From NCBI GenBank assembly GCA_963833775.1, contig CAWHZH010000013.1, positions 24,330 through 88,329 on the forward strand: a stretch of 64,000 bases of DNA, written 5' to 3'. The notes beneath the pieces were generated by a model. It was not told where the DNA came from, made no database searches, and was given only the letters and a program-made list of their open reading frames with translations. The translations under genes and the position numbers were made by a program. Shown here in pieces: positions 53,547 to 61,487 of this stretch (within the stretch, counting starts at the first letter, position 1; every line of letters begins with the position of its first letter). Source of the stretch: an uncultured Actinomycetota bacterium (GTDB taxonomy: Bacteria > Actinomycetota > Actinomycetes > Propionibacteriales > Nocardioidaceae).

Positions 53547-54925
53547 CTCGCCACCCTGCCCAGGTCGACCGACGCAACCGGCGGCCCTTCTCGACTGCCG
53601 TTCGAGCGAGACAGGTCGCGATCCGAGATGGTGAGGGGGCCCTGCGCCTGGAGCTGGGTCGAGACCCGCTCCGGACGTCGGTTTGCGACGAACGCGAACG
53701 CCCAGCGCAGGGCCACGGACAGCCGGCGACCGAAGCCCATGACCGTCCAGAGGTGCACACCCAGCCAGAACAGCCACGCGGGCAGGCCCGAGAACCCGAT
53801 GCCTCTCACGTTGGCAACCGCGTGGAAGCGAGCGATCGTCGCCAAGGAGCCCTTGTCGCGGTAGACGAACGGACGCGGGTCGGTGTGTCCCTCGAGCCTG
53901 GCTCGGATCGTGCGTGACGCATGGCGCCCGCTCTGGATCGCGAGCTGCGCCACGCCGGGCACACCGGGTGTGCTCATGAGGTCGCCCACGACGAAGACCT
54001 CGGAGTGGCCGGGCAGGGTGCAGTCCGGCTCCAGGACGAGCTGACCGGCCCGGTTGCGTTGCACGCCGGCCTGGTCGGCCAGCGTGGCGGCGAGGGAGCC
54101 GGCCGCGACACCTGCCGCCCACACCTTGGTGGTCGCTTCCAGTCGGTGCACACGCCCCGCGTGCTCGTAGACGACGGCCTGCGGGTCGACTGCCGTGACC
54201 GGTGCATCCAGGTGCACCTCCACACCCACGTCCTCGAGCGCCTTCACGGTTCGCAACGAGAGCCTGCGACCGTACGTCGGGAGCAGGGCGGGCGCCGCCT
54301 CCAGCAGCACCACCCGCGCCTCGGCGGGGTTGATGGAGCCGAAGTTCCCCTTGAGACTGCGCTGGGCGAGGTCGCGGATCTGTCCGGCCATCTCGATCCC
54401 CGTGGGACCGCCGCCGATCACTGCGAACGTCAGGTGTCGTCGCCGTTCCATCTCGTCCTGCGCAGCTTCGGCACGCTCGAAGGCGGAGAAGATCCTGGCT
54501 CGGATCTCGAGGGCGTCGTCGACGGACTTCAGCCCCGGCGCCTCGGCCGTGAACTCGTCATGGCCGAAGTAGGAGTAGGCGGAGCCGGCGGCGACGATGA
54601 GGCTGTCGTACGGCGTGCTGGTGCTGACGCCGAACGCGCTCGAGGTGACCGTCCGCCCGGCGAGGTCGATGTGGCTGACGTCGCCGAGCAGGACGCGGGC
54701 GTTCGACTGCTTCGCGAACACCTCGCGCAAGGACCGGGTGATCTGTCCTTCGGAGAGGATGCCGGTCGCCACCTGGTACAGCAGCGGCTGGAAGAGGTGG
54801 TGGCCGGTCCGGTCGATGAGAACGACCTCGACGGCCGCCCGGCGCAGAGCCTGGGTGGCGAACAGACCGCCGAAGCCGCCCCCGATGACCACCACTCGAT
54901 GTACCGGCGCCGTCAGGGGTGCCAT
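53543..54925 (-). CDS. ndh: Type II NADH:quinone oxidoreductase (NDH-2)
   Basis: Start at ATG 54925 (MAPLTAPVHRVVVIGGGFGGL). Second dinucleotide fold 'FAVIGGGPTGIEMAG', 'FVVGD', and a C-terminal membrane-anchoring amphipathic region. Confidence 0.85.
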   Translation of the reverse strand: MAPLTAPVHRVVVIGGGFGGLFATQALRRAAVEVVLIDRTGHHLFQPLLYQVATGILSEGQITRSLREVFAKQSNARVLLGDVSHIDLAGRTVTSSAFGVSTSTPYDSLIVAAGSAYSYFGHDEFTAEAPGLKSVDDALEIRARIFSAFERAEAAQDEMERRRHLTFAVIGGGPTGIEMAGQIRDLAQRSLKGNFGSINPAEARVVLLEAAPALLPTYGRRLSLRTVKALEDVGVEVHLDAPVTAVDPQAVVYEHAGRVHRLEATTKVWAAGVAAGSLAATLADQAGVQRNRAGQLVLEPDCTLPGHSEVFVVGDLMSTPGVPGVAQLAIQSGRHASRTIRARLEGHTDPRPFVYRDKGSLATIARFHAVANVRGIGFSGLPAWLFWLGVHLWTVMGFGRRLSVALRWAFAFVANRRPERVSTQLQAQGPLTISDRDLSRSNGSREGPPVASVDLGRVAR

Positions 54926-55084
54926 GCCTCGTCCTTCCCAGGTTCGGTTGCGGTGCATGACCACGGTTGCAGCAGCGGATCCTGATCGCATCCGCCACTG
55001 GCTAGCCGTCCAGCGTGGGTGAGATTGAAGGTATGGACGGTATCCGGGGCTAGCATTCGCGCTCTGCTACGAGAGGACTCCCCC

Positions 55085-55381
55085 ATGGCCACCGACTACG
55101 ACGCATCCCGCAAGACAGAGGACGAGCAAAAGGAAGAGAGCCTGGAGGCCCGTCGCCTCACCTCGGGCGAGCAGGACAAGACGTCAGGAAAGGTGGACGA
55201 GGACGAGACGGAGCTGGCCGAGTCCTATGAGCTACCGGGTGCAGATCTCTCCCACGAGTTCCTCTCCATCGAGGTGACGCCCAAGCAGGCCGACGAGTTC
55301 ACGTGCACCGCGTGTTTCCTCGTACTGCACGAATCCCGACGATCCTCACCGGCTGTCTCCCTCTGCAGCGACTGCGCCTGA
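55085..55381 (+). CDS. DUF4193 domain protein (98 aa)
   Basis: MATDYDASRKTEDEQKEESLE...ELPGADLSHEFLSIEVTPKQADEFTCTACFLVLHESR...CSDCA. This N-terminus and the C-terminal CxxC...CxxC arrangement are typical of the actinobacterial DUF4193 family. Confidence 0.8.
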   Translation: MATDYDASRKTEDEQKEESLEARRLTSGEQDKTSGKVDEDETELAESYELPGADLSHEFLSIEVTPKQADEFTCTACFLVLHESRRSSPAVSLCSDCA

Positions 55382-55553
55382 AGGATCGACGGCTCAGCGC
55401 CGCGAGATCGGACTGAGGCGGCGTACCGCCGCGAGCAGCCCCGGCGCGGAGTCCCCGCGAGTCGCTGTGATCCGTGCACATCCGTTGCGCGTGCGAACGC
55501 TTCGTGAGCGGCGAGGTCTATCCAGGGAGGCCGTCGGAGTGTTAAGCCGAGTC

Positions 55554-56477
55554 ATGGACACCCCGTCGCTCCTCCAGGAGCTCCAACCGACCGTCGAGGA
55601 CAACCTCAACCGGCATCTGGAGGTGGCCCAGGACTGGATGCCCCATGAGTACGTCCCGTGGAGGGAAGGCCGCAACTTCGCCCTCCTCGACGGCGAGCCG
55701 TGGTCGGTGGAGCAGTCGACGCTCTCACCGATCGCTCGGACCGCGTTGGAGGTGAACCTCCTCACCGAGGACAACCTTCCGAGCTACCACCGCGAGGTCG
55801 AGCGAGCCTTCGGCCGGGAGAGTGCGTGGGGCGAGTGGGTCAACCGGTGGACCGCCGAGGAGGGGCGGCATGCCTTCTGCATCCGCGACTACCTGCTGGT
55901 CACCCGGGGCGTCGACCCCGACGAGCTGGAGCGCGCGCGCATGCTGACGATGCAGACCGGGTTCGACTCGGGTGAGAAGCCACTGCTGCATGTGTGCGCC
56001 TACGTGTCGTTCCAGGAGCTCGCGACCCGGGTGTCACACCGGAACACTGGCCGGGCCACCGAGGACCCGATCGCGGAGCGACTGCTCACACGCGTGGCCA
56101 AGGACGAGAACCTGCACATGATCTTCTATCGCAACATCGTCGAAGCCGCGCTCCAGATTGCGCCCGGGCCGACGATGCGGGCGATCACAGACGAGGTCGT
56201 GGGCTTCCAGATGCCTGGTGCCGTGATCCCGGGCTTCGCTCGAAAAGCAGTGCAGATGGCCAGGGCTGGGATCTACGACCTCCGCATCCACCACGATGAC
56301 ATCGTCCTGCCCCTGGTCCGTCAGTGGCGGCTCTTCGAGCTCGAGGGTCTGGACGACGAGGGTGAACGAGCTCGACAGGAGCTCGCCGGCGCCATCGCGG
56401 AGCTGGACGCGCAGGCCACGCGCTTCGTGGAGCAGCGCGAGACGGCCGCCGCGAAGCGGGCGGCGCGCAGAGGCTGA
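55554..56477 (+). CDS. Acyl-ACP desaturase (soluble di-iron, DesA1/DesA2-like)
   Basis: 'LTEDNLPSYH', 'WTAEEGRH', 'FQELATRVSHRN' and 'DENLHMIFY' di-iron (E...ExxH) motifs. An alternative start is GTG 55539. Confidence 0.85.
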   Translation: MDTPSLLQELQPTVEDNLNRHLEVAQDWMPHEYVPWREGRNFALLDGEPWSVEQSTLSPIARTALEVNLLTEDNLPSYHREVERAFGRESAWGEWVNRWTAEEGRHAFCIRDYLLVTRGVDPDELERARMLTMQTGFDSGEKPLLHVCAYVSFQELATRVSHRNTGRATEDPIAERLLTRVAKDENLHMIFYRNIVEAALQIAPGPTMRAITDEVVGFQMPGAVIPGFARKAVQMARAGIYDLRIHHDDIVLPLVRQWRLFELEGLDDEGERARQELAGAIAELDAQATRFVEQRETAAAKRAARRG

Positions 56478-56596
56478 CCAACGCACAGGACGCGTCCCGG
56501 GCAGACGCGCGTCGCATCGTCAGGCTGGTTCACGACGTCGCATCTGTCTTCACCTGATGGTTCCGGGGCCCGACGACCGCAGCCACCTCGGGGTCG

Positions 56597-57442
56597 TCAG
56601 TCCTCTCCGCCGCCGTCGCACTGGTCGTCGCTGGCGTCGTCGGAGACGGTGTCGCCCGCACACCGCGGCCGATGCTGTGCGTGGCTCGGCTGCGTCTGTC
56701 GGTGCGGATCGGGAGGCGTTGCGAACCGGTGCGGCGACGTACGGTGCGGAGCAGCGCACTGTCCCGCGCGATGTCCCGATACTCGGTTGTCACCTCCCCG
56801 TGGGGCGGGCGAGTTCTGCTCACAGTTCAGGTCCCCCCCGATCCGGTTGCCCGAGATCGTCACCCGCCCACTGTTCTGGTCCACCTGGAGGTTGCCACCG
56901 ACGCTGTTGTGCAGCACGACGAGGGCACCGGTCTGTTGAGCAGTCTGGAGATCGCCACGGATCTGCGAGTCGCTGACGGCCGAGGAGCCGCCCTGCTCCA
57001 GCTGCAGATTCCCGCCGACCCATGAGTGGCCGGACATCGCGACCCTGCGGGCACCCTCGGCCTCGACGTCACCGTCAACGGCGACACCTCGGGCGACGAG
57101 TGTGCCGCCGACTCCGACGGAGACGTTGCCGTTGACGGTGGTGCGCTGGAGTGTGCACGTGGCCCCCTTCTGGACGTCGACCTCGTCAACGGAGATGTGA
57201 CCGATCCTTCCGTCGCAGTGTCCCGGCGAGACGGCATCGTGATCGGCCGAACCGGTCTTCGGTACGAAGCCAGTGTCACGAACGCCGCCGCTGCCGCTCG
57301 ACACGTCGTCGACACCACATCCTGAGAGCAGCAGGAGACCAGCGATGGCGACGGCACCGAGATGGGCTGCGCCTCGGCATGTGCCGCGAGGGCCGCGGGA
57401 CGCCTCGGCTGGGGCCTGCCCTTCGACCTGGTTGAAAGTCAT
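56597..57442 (-). CDS. Hypothetical lipoprotein with beta-helix-like G-[GN]-[DN]-[LV] repeats
   Basis: Start at ATG 57442. Lipobox 'LLLSGCG'. Repeats are 'VNGNVSVGVGGTLVARGVAVDGDVEAEG...VGGNLQLEQGG...IRGDLQ...VGGNLQVDQNSG...IGGDLNCEQNSPAPRGGDNRVSG..GQC'. The C-terminal tail is of odd composition. Confidence 0.5.
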   Translation of the reverse strand: MTFNQVEGQAPAEASRGPRGTCRGAAHLGAVAIAGLLLLSGCGVDDVSSGSGGVRDTGFVPKTGSADHDAVSPGHCDGRIGHISVDEVDVQKGATCTLQRTTVNGNVSVGVGGTLVARGVAVDGDVEAEGARRVAMSGHSWVGGNLQLEQGGSSAVSDSQIRGDLQTAQQTGALVVLHNSVGGNLQVDQNSGRVTISGNRIGGDLNCEQNSPAPRGGDNRVSGHRAGQCAAPHRTSPHRFATPPDPHRQTQPSHAQHRPRCAGDTVSDDASDDQCDGGGED

Positions 57443-57541
57443 GTCTGGAGCATGGCGAGGCCCGCACTCGGTTGTCTGCACTGCCAGCCTGAGAGCCGTG
57501 GTCCGGCTACCACGCACGCGTCGGTACCAGGCAGCCGGCAT

Positions 57542-57895
57542 GTCGGCGCCACGCAGCGTTGGGCGAGCGATGGGATCTTCGTCAACGCCGTCAACCCTGG
57601 CGCGATCGCCACCCTGCTGCAGCGGCACTGGGAGGCACCCTCGCGACCCCGGTGGCCCCAGCAGAAGGGCGTCCAGCAAGGGGCCTGCACGACCATCTTC
57701 GTCGCCGCCCCGCCGCTACTCGAGGAAGTCGACGGTCGGTACTTCAACGACAACACCGAGGCGATTCCGACCGACGAGCATCGTCGTGACACGGAGACAC
57801 CCGCCACGAGAGTGGCGCGGTACGCCCTCGACCCCGACGGCGCTGATCGGCTCTGGGCAGCCTCCGAGCGATTCCTGAGTCAGGAGAGCCGCTGA
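57542..57895 (+). pseudogene. 3' remnant of an SDR-family oxidoreductase gene; the N-terminal Rossmann and catalytic part (about 190 aa) is missing
   Basis: It lies within ORF 57362-57895. Only 'VGATQRWASDGIFVNAVNPGAIATLLQRH...QQGACTTIFVAAPPLLEEVDGRYFNDN...VARYALDPDGADRLWAASERFL' looks SDR-like, and this corresponds to the C-terminal third of roughly 320-aa SDRs. There is no TGxxxGxG or YxxxK upstream in any frame. Confidence 0.55.
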
Positions 57896-58434
57896 TCGCC
57901 ACAGCCCCCGAGGCATTCGTCCCCGCTGAGGATGCGGCCTAGAAGGTCAGGTCCCCGACCGCGTTGATCTGGAGCTCGAACGGGTTCGGCGGCTGGTGCC
58001 GACTGCAAGGTGAAGAGCGGGGTGTTCATACCCAACGTGGGTGACCTTTTGCCCACGTGAATCGGCCTGGCTCGACCCACCCAGCCGCCGCCCGCGGGCG
58101 GCGACGCCCGTGTCCACGCACCCTGGGGACGGCGCGAGCCGGGACGTCCGCCCACCGAGTGGTCGTCGGCGACGACGACCGCGTGGGGCCTCGCCCCCGC
58201 CTCAGAGAGCTGCTGCTCGTGCTCGAGCGAGCTGCGGAGAGCGCGGTCGTCGCCCGTCGAGGAACCGGACGGCTCGCCGGGTCTGCCGACGTTGGGCAAC
58301 AGCCCGCCTGGGTCCTCATCCGGACGGGTGAGGTGACTCCTCTGGGGCTTGACGGGACCGCGACCACGTGTTGTCCTTCGGGTCTTGCGGGTGCTTATTG
58401 GGGGGATCCGCTCGGCACCTCGGGGGGATGCCCG

Positions 58435-59328
58435 ATGATCGCTTCTGTCCGTCTGGCGGTGGCGCTGACCACCGCATCGCTCGGAGTCGTCTCCGTGACG
58501 GGGCCGGCCGTCGCCGGTTCCAGTGCACCTCCGGGTCGGCTCGTCATCGTTCAGGCTGTGCCTCAGGAAACGCTCGACGTCACCTTGGATGGTCACACCG
58601 TGCACCGCGACGCGTCGGTGGGTACCGTGCTCGGCCCGCTGACCGTGAGTGCCGGACAGCACCAGATCGGGTTCACCAACCAGTCCGGCGAGCTACAACT
58701 GACGTCATCCGTCACGGTCACCCCGGGCTCCAGCAGCGACGTCGTCGTGCACCTGCCGGCCGAGGTGAACGGGAAGCCTGTGATCAACACCTACCGGACG
58801 CCCCTGTCGCCCATCGCCCCCGGCAAGGCCCGCGTCCTGATCGCGCACACGGCGACGGTGGCGCCCGCGGACGTGCAGGTGGACGGCACGGTCGTCTTCC
58901 ACGACATCGCGAACGGCGAGTTCGCGACGGCCGACCTTGCTGCCGGGACCCACGTGGTCGCGTTGCTGCCGGCCGGTCTGAGTGCCAACCCGATCCTCGG
59001 TCCCCTGCACGTCGACCTGGCGCCCAGCACGGTGACCATGGTGTACGCCGTCGGGAACCCACGCGACCACTCGATGAACGTGATCACCCACACGGCCGCG
59101 CTCTCTTCGAACGGCGCCGTGGCACCGGCCACCATCGACACCGGCCAGGCCGGTCTGGCTGCTCGAGTGCGGGTGCATCCGTTCCAGGTACCGCCGGCCA
59201 CGGCAGTGGTACGGCATCCGTCGTCGGTGATGCCCACCGTCTGGGCGGTGACCGCTGCTGGAGCGCTGCTCGCCTCTCTGGGCCTGCTCGTGTTCCGGCG
59301 GCGACGCGGCCCGAGCCGGTCCGGGTGA
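58435..59328 (+). CDS. Secreted DUF4397-domain protein (two domains) with C-terminal TM helix and Arg-rich tail
   Basis: Derived from ORF 58057-59328, with the start at ATG 58435 (MIASVRLAVALTTASLGVVSVTGPAVAG). Two 'R..I.H....P.DV.VDG..V......G......L.AG.H.V' modules. The C-terminus is 'VWAVTAAGALLASLGLLVFRRRRG'. Confidence 0.7.
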   Translation: MIASVRLAVALTTASLGVVSVTGPAVAGSSAPPGRLVIVQAVPQETLDVTLDGHTVHRDASVGTVLGPLTVSAGQHQIGFTNQSGELQLTSSVTVTPGSSSDVVVHLPAEVNGKPVINTYRTPLSPIAPGKARVLIAHTATVAPADVQVDGTVVFHDIANGEFATADLAAGTHVVALLPAGLSANPILGPLHVDLAPSTVTMVYAVGNPRDHSMNVITHTAALSSNGAVAPATIDTGQAGLAARVRVHPFQVPPATAVVRHPSSVMPTVWAVTAAGALLASLGLLVFRRRRGPSRSG

Positions 59329-59334
59329 ACCGGC

Positions 59335-60033
59335 GTGCTCGGGCGGAGAGCGAGGCACCGTTCGCGAGCACCGTTGCGGGTGGCGGTGACGGCGGTCGCG
59401 GTCACCGCCCTGTGCGGGCTCGCAGCGGGGATCACCTGGGCATACGTCGGCCCGACTGGCGACCAAGACGAGCGTACCAGCGCCGCCGGCCCACGGGGCG
59501 CCCCTGGCGCGGCGGTCTCGACGCTGCCCGCGGTGCCGGCCCGACGTACCGGTGCGGTCCGACCCGAGGTGCCCACCCGCAGCCTCCTTCCCGACGGAAG
59601 GGACGTCCCGATCCGCGCTGCCAGAACCGCACCGGACGGAAGCCTCGACGTACCGGAGGACATCCGCGTCGCCGGCTGGTGGCAGGGCGGTGCTCGACTG
59701 GGTGACCCGTTCGGGTCCACCCTGCTCGCCGCCCACGTCGACTCGTTCACCCAGGGCCTCGGGCCCTATGCGAGCCTGCTCTCGGTCAGGCCCGGCCAAC
59801 AGATCACGCTCTCCTCCGCCCACCTGAGCCAGACGTTCTCCGTGGTGTCGCTCGCACTGGTCCATCGCGGCACGCTCTCGCGCCACCCGCGGATCTTCTC
59901 CGCGCGGGGACCACGCCGCCTCACGCTGGTGACCTGCGCCGGTCCCTACATCCCTGCCCGAGGCGGTTACCAGAACCTCGCGGTCGTCACTGCCGTACCC
60001 GCGCAGGACGTCGTCCTCAGGGCTGATCGATGA
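59335..60033 (+). CDS. Class F sortase
   Basis: N-terminal TM anchor, 'VAGWW..GARLGDPFGSTLLAAHVD' (catalytic His), 'RRLTLVTCAGP' (TLxTC Cys), and a downstream Arg in 'ARGGYQNLAVV'. The GTG start lies 6 nt after the upstream stop. Confidence 0.75.
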   Translation: MLGRRARHRSRAPLRVAVTAVAVTALCGLAAGITWAYVGPTGDQDERTSAAGPRGAPGAAVSTLPAVPARRTGAVRPEVPTRSLLPDGRDVPIRAARTAPDGSLDVPEDIRVAGWWQGGARLGDPFGSTLLAAHVDSFTQGLGPYASLLSVRPGQQITLSSAHLSQTFSVVSLALVHRGTLSRHPRIFSARGPRRLTLVTCAGPYIPARGGYQNLAVVTAVPAQDVVLRADR

Positions 60034-61193
60034 CCTCCAAGAAGAAGAAGAACAAGAGGAAGTCCTCCCGCAAGGCGAAGGCGAACGCAGTCAGCAGCAA
60101 GAGGCGGTCCACCCGGCCCACGAACAAGCGCCTGCGAGGCCGACCGCACGTAGCCGGGAGCTCACCGGCGGCCAAGAGGGAGGCGCGCCCGGCCGAATTC
60201 CCCATCGCCGACGAGGGTGCGGCAGCGGACAACGCTGACCCAGCACGGGAAGCGGGGTCGGTGCCGTGGGGTGCCTTCGACCCCGAGGCACTGTGGTGGG
60301 ACGACATCTGGCCGTTCAAGGACGAGACGTCCTCACCCGAGGCGCCCGCTGCGCGCCTGACCGTGCCCCCGAAGACGCCGGAAGAACCGGAAGAGTCCGT
60401 GGAGCCGCAGCGGGACGGGGACGGGACAGGGGAGCCGGAGTCCGTCCCCTCGGCACCGCCTGCAGCCGCACGGTCCGCGACCGAGACGGAGGGATCCGTG
60501 TCCGCGCCGTCACGGATGCGGTCGCGCCGCCGGCGGGGATGGATCGCCGCGCTGCCGGCCGCGGCGATGGTCCTGGCAGGCCTGGCGTGGCTCGTGGCGG
60601 GGCGGGACTCCGAGGTGCCCGACCTGAGCCTCAGCAACAACTTCGCGCCGCCCACCCATCTGCGGCCCGACACCTCGTTCGTCCGCAGCCGCGTGCTGCC
60701 TTCGGGTGACCTCGAGGTGACGCACTGGATCCACAGTCGCTCGTGGATGTACGCCGTCACGTTGGACATCCCACAGGTCGCCGGCCTGTCGCCCCGCTCG
60801 GTGTCGGCCACCCAGGTGACTCTCGCCAGCAACGGCCTGCGCACGATCAGGTTTGCTTCGATAGGTATTGCGCTCGGGATGAGAACCTTCCAACTCCCCC
60901 CGACGCACTCCCTCTACATCCGCTATCGGCTCTCCGGTGTCGTGGAGAGGTCCTTTGGAACCTCGGACCGGGCTCTGGCCAGGATCACATCGCTGGACGT
61001 GGGGACCGCGACCCGGCTGGTGAACACGACACGAACCGTGGTCGGGGCCCGGGTCCTCAACCTTGCCTGCACCCCCGACAGGCCGACCGGCCTCACCACG
61101 CCCTGCGGCACGGAGCACGGAGGCAACTGGATCGTCCGGCTCAACGGTGCGGAGGAGACGAACCAAGTCATGGCCCAGCTCGACATGTCGTGA
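60030..61193 (+). CDS. Hypothetical single-pass membrane protein with a poly-lysine N-terminus
   Basis: The ATG overlaps the sortase stop (ATGA). The protein has MTSKKKKNKRKSSRKAKANAVSSKRR..., an acidic Pro/Glu-rich linker, the TM helix 'WIAALPAAAMVLAGLAWLVAG', and about 190 aa of extracytoplasmic domain with no recognised family. Confidence 0.55.
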   Translation: MTSKKKKNKRKSSRKAKANAVSSKRRSTRPTNKRLRGRPHVAGSSPAAKREARPAEFPIADEGAAADNADPAREAGSVPWGAFDPEALWWDDIWPFKDETSSPEAPAARLTVPPKTPEEPEESVEPQRDGDGTGEPESVPSAPPAAARSATETEGSVSAPSRMRSRRRRGWIAALPAAAMVLAGLAWLVAGRDSEVPDLSLSNNFAPPTHLRPDTSFVRSRVLPSGDLEVTHWIHSRSWMYAVTLDIPQVAGLSPRSVSATQVTLASNGLRTIRFASIGIALGMRTFQLPPTHSLYIRYRLSGVVERSFGTSDRALARITSLDVGTATRLVNTTRTVVGARVLNLACTPDRPTGLTTPCGTEHGGNWIVRLNGAEETNQVMAQLDMS

Positions 61194-61487
61194 GCGAGCT
61201 CAGACCTGGCCGAGAACGGGGTGTACCCCGACGCGCCCTGGCATCTGGTCGGAACCTGGCCCGCGCACCGTGGGTGACGCCGCATAGCGTCGCGGAATGA
61301 CTCGAGACCGGGTCAAGTCCTTCGTCCATCCCGACAGGCTGCCCGATCCACCTCACTTCGCAGCACCAGCCGTACCACCGACACGGCCCCGCGCGACGCC
61401 TGCGTCCTCCAGATCGCCGCCCGGCATGCCGACCAGTAGCGGACGTCGCACCGGGTTGCAAACGGGCACCACCAGGGTCACCCTGAG

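Noticed and set aside
58314-58333. Imperfect palindrome CCTCATCCG-ga-CGGGTGAGG about 110 nt upstream of the DUF4397 start. It shares the half-site TCATCCG with the LAL-associated palindrome and lies at a similar distance from the start codon.
   Set aside because: There is one mismatch, the central spacing differs (2 nt versus 1 nt), the conserved 27-nt flanks are absent, and no TAnnnT hexamer sits at the corresponding distance. It is probably coincidental. It would be worth including only as a negative control in binding assays.
57880-58662. The 260-aa minus-strand ORF contains 'HAVVVADDHSVGG', reminiscent of the response-regulator N-terminus '..VLVVDDH'.
   Set aside because: No further receiver-domain or HTH motifs appear in this or shifted frames. 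Most of the ORF is Arg/Gly/Pro-rich and it overlaps the DUF4397 gene start. There is not enough support for a call.
59100-59328. Looked for an LPXTG/LAXTG sorting motif at the C-terminus of the DUF4397 protein, and in the other secreted proteins of the window.
   Set aside because: No canonical motif is present. Only 'IDTGQAG' and 'VMPTV' were seen, so the protein is called a putative substrate only (see finding).
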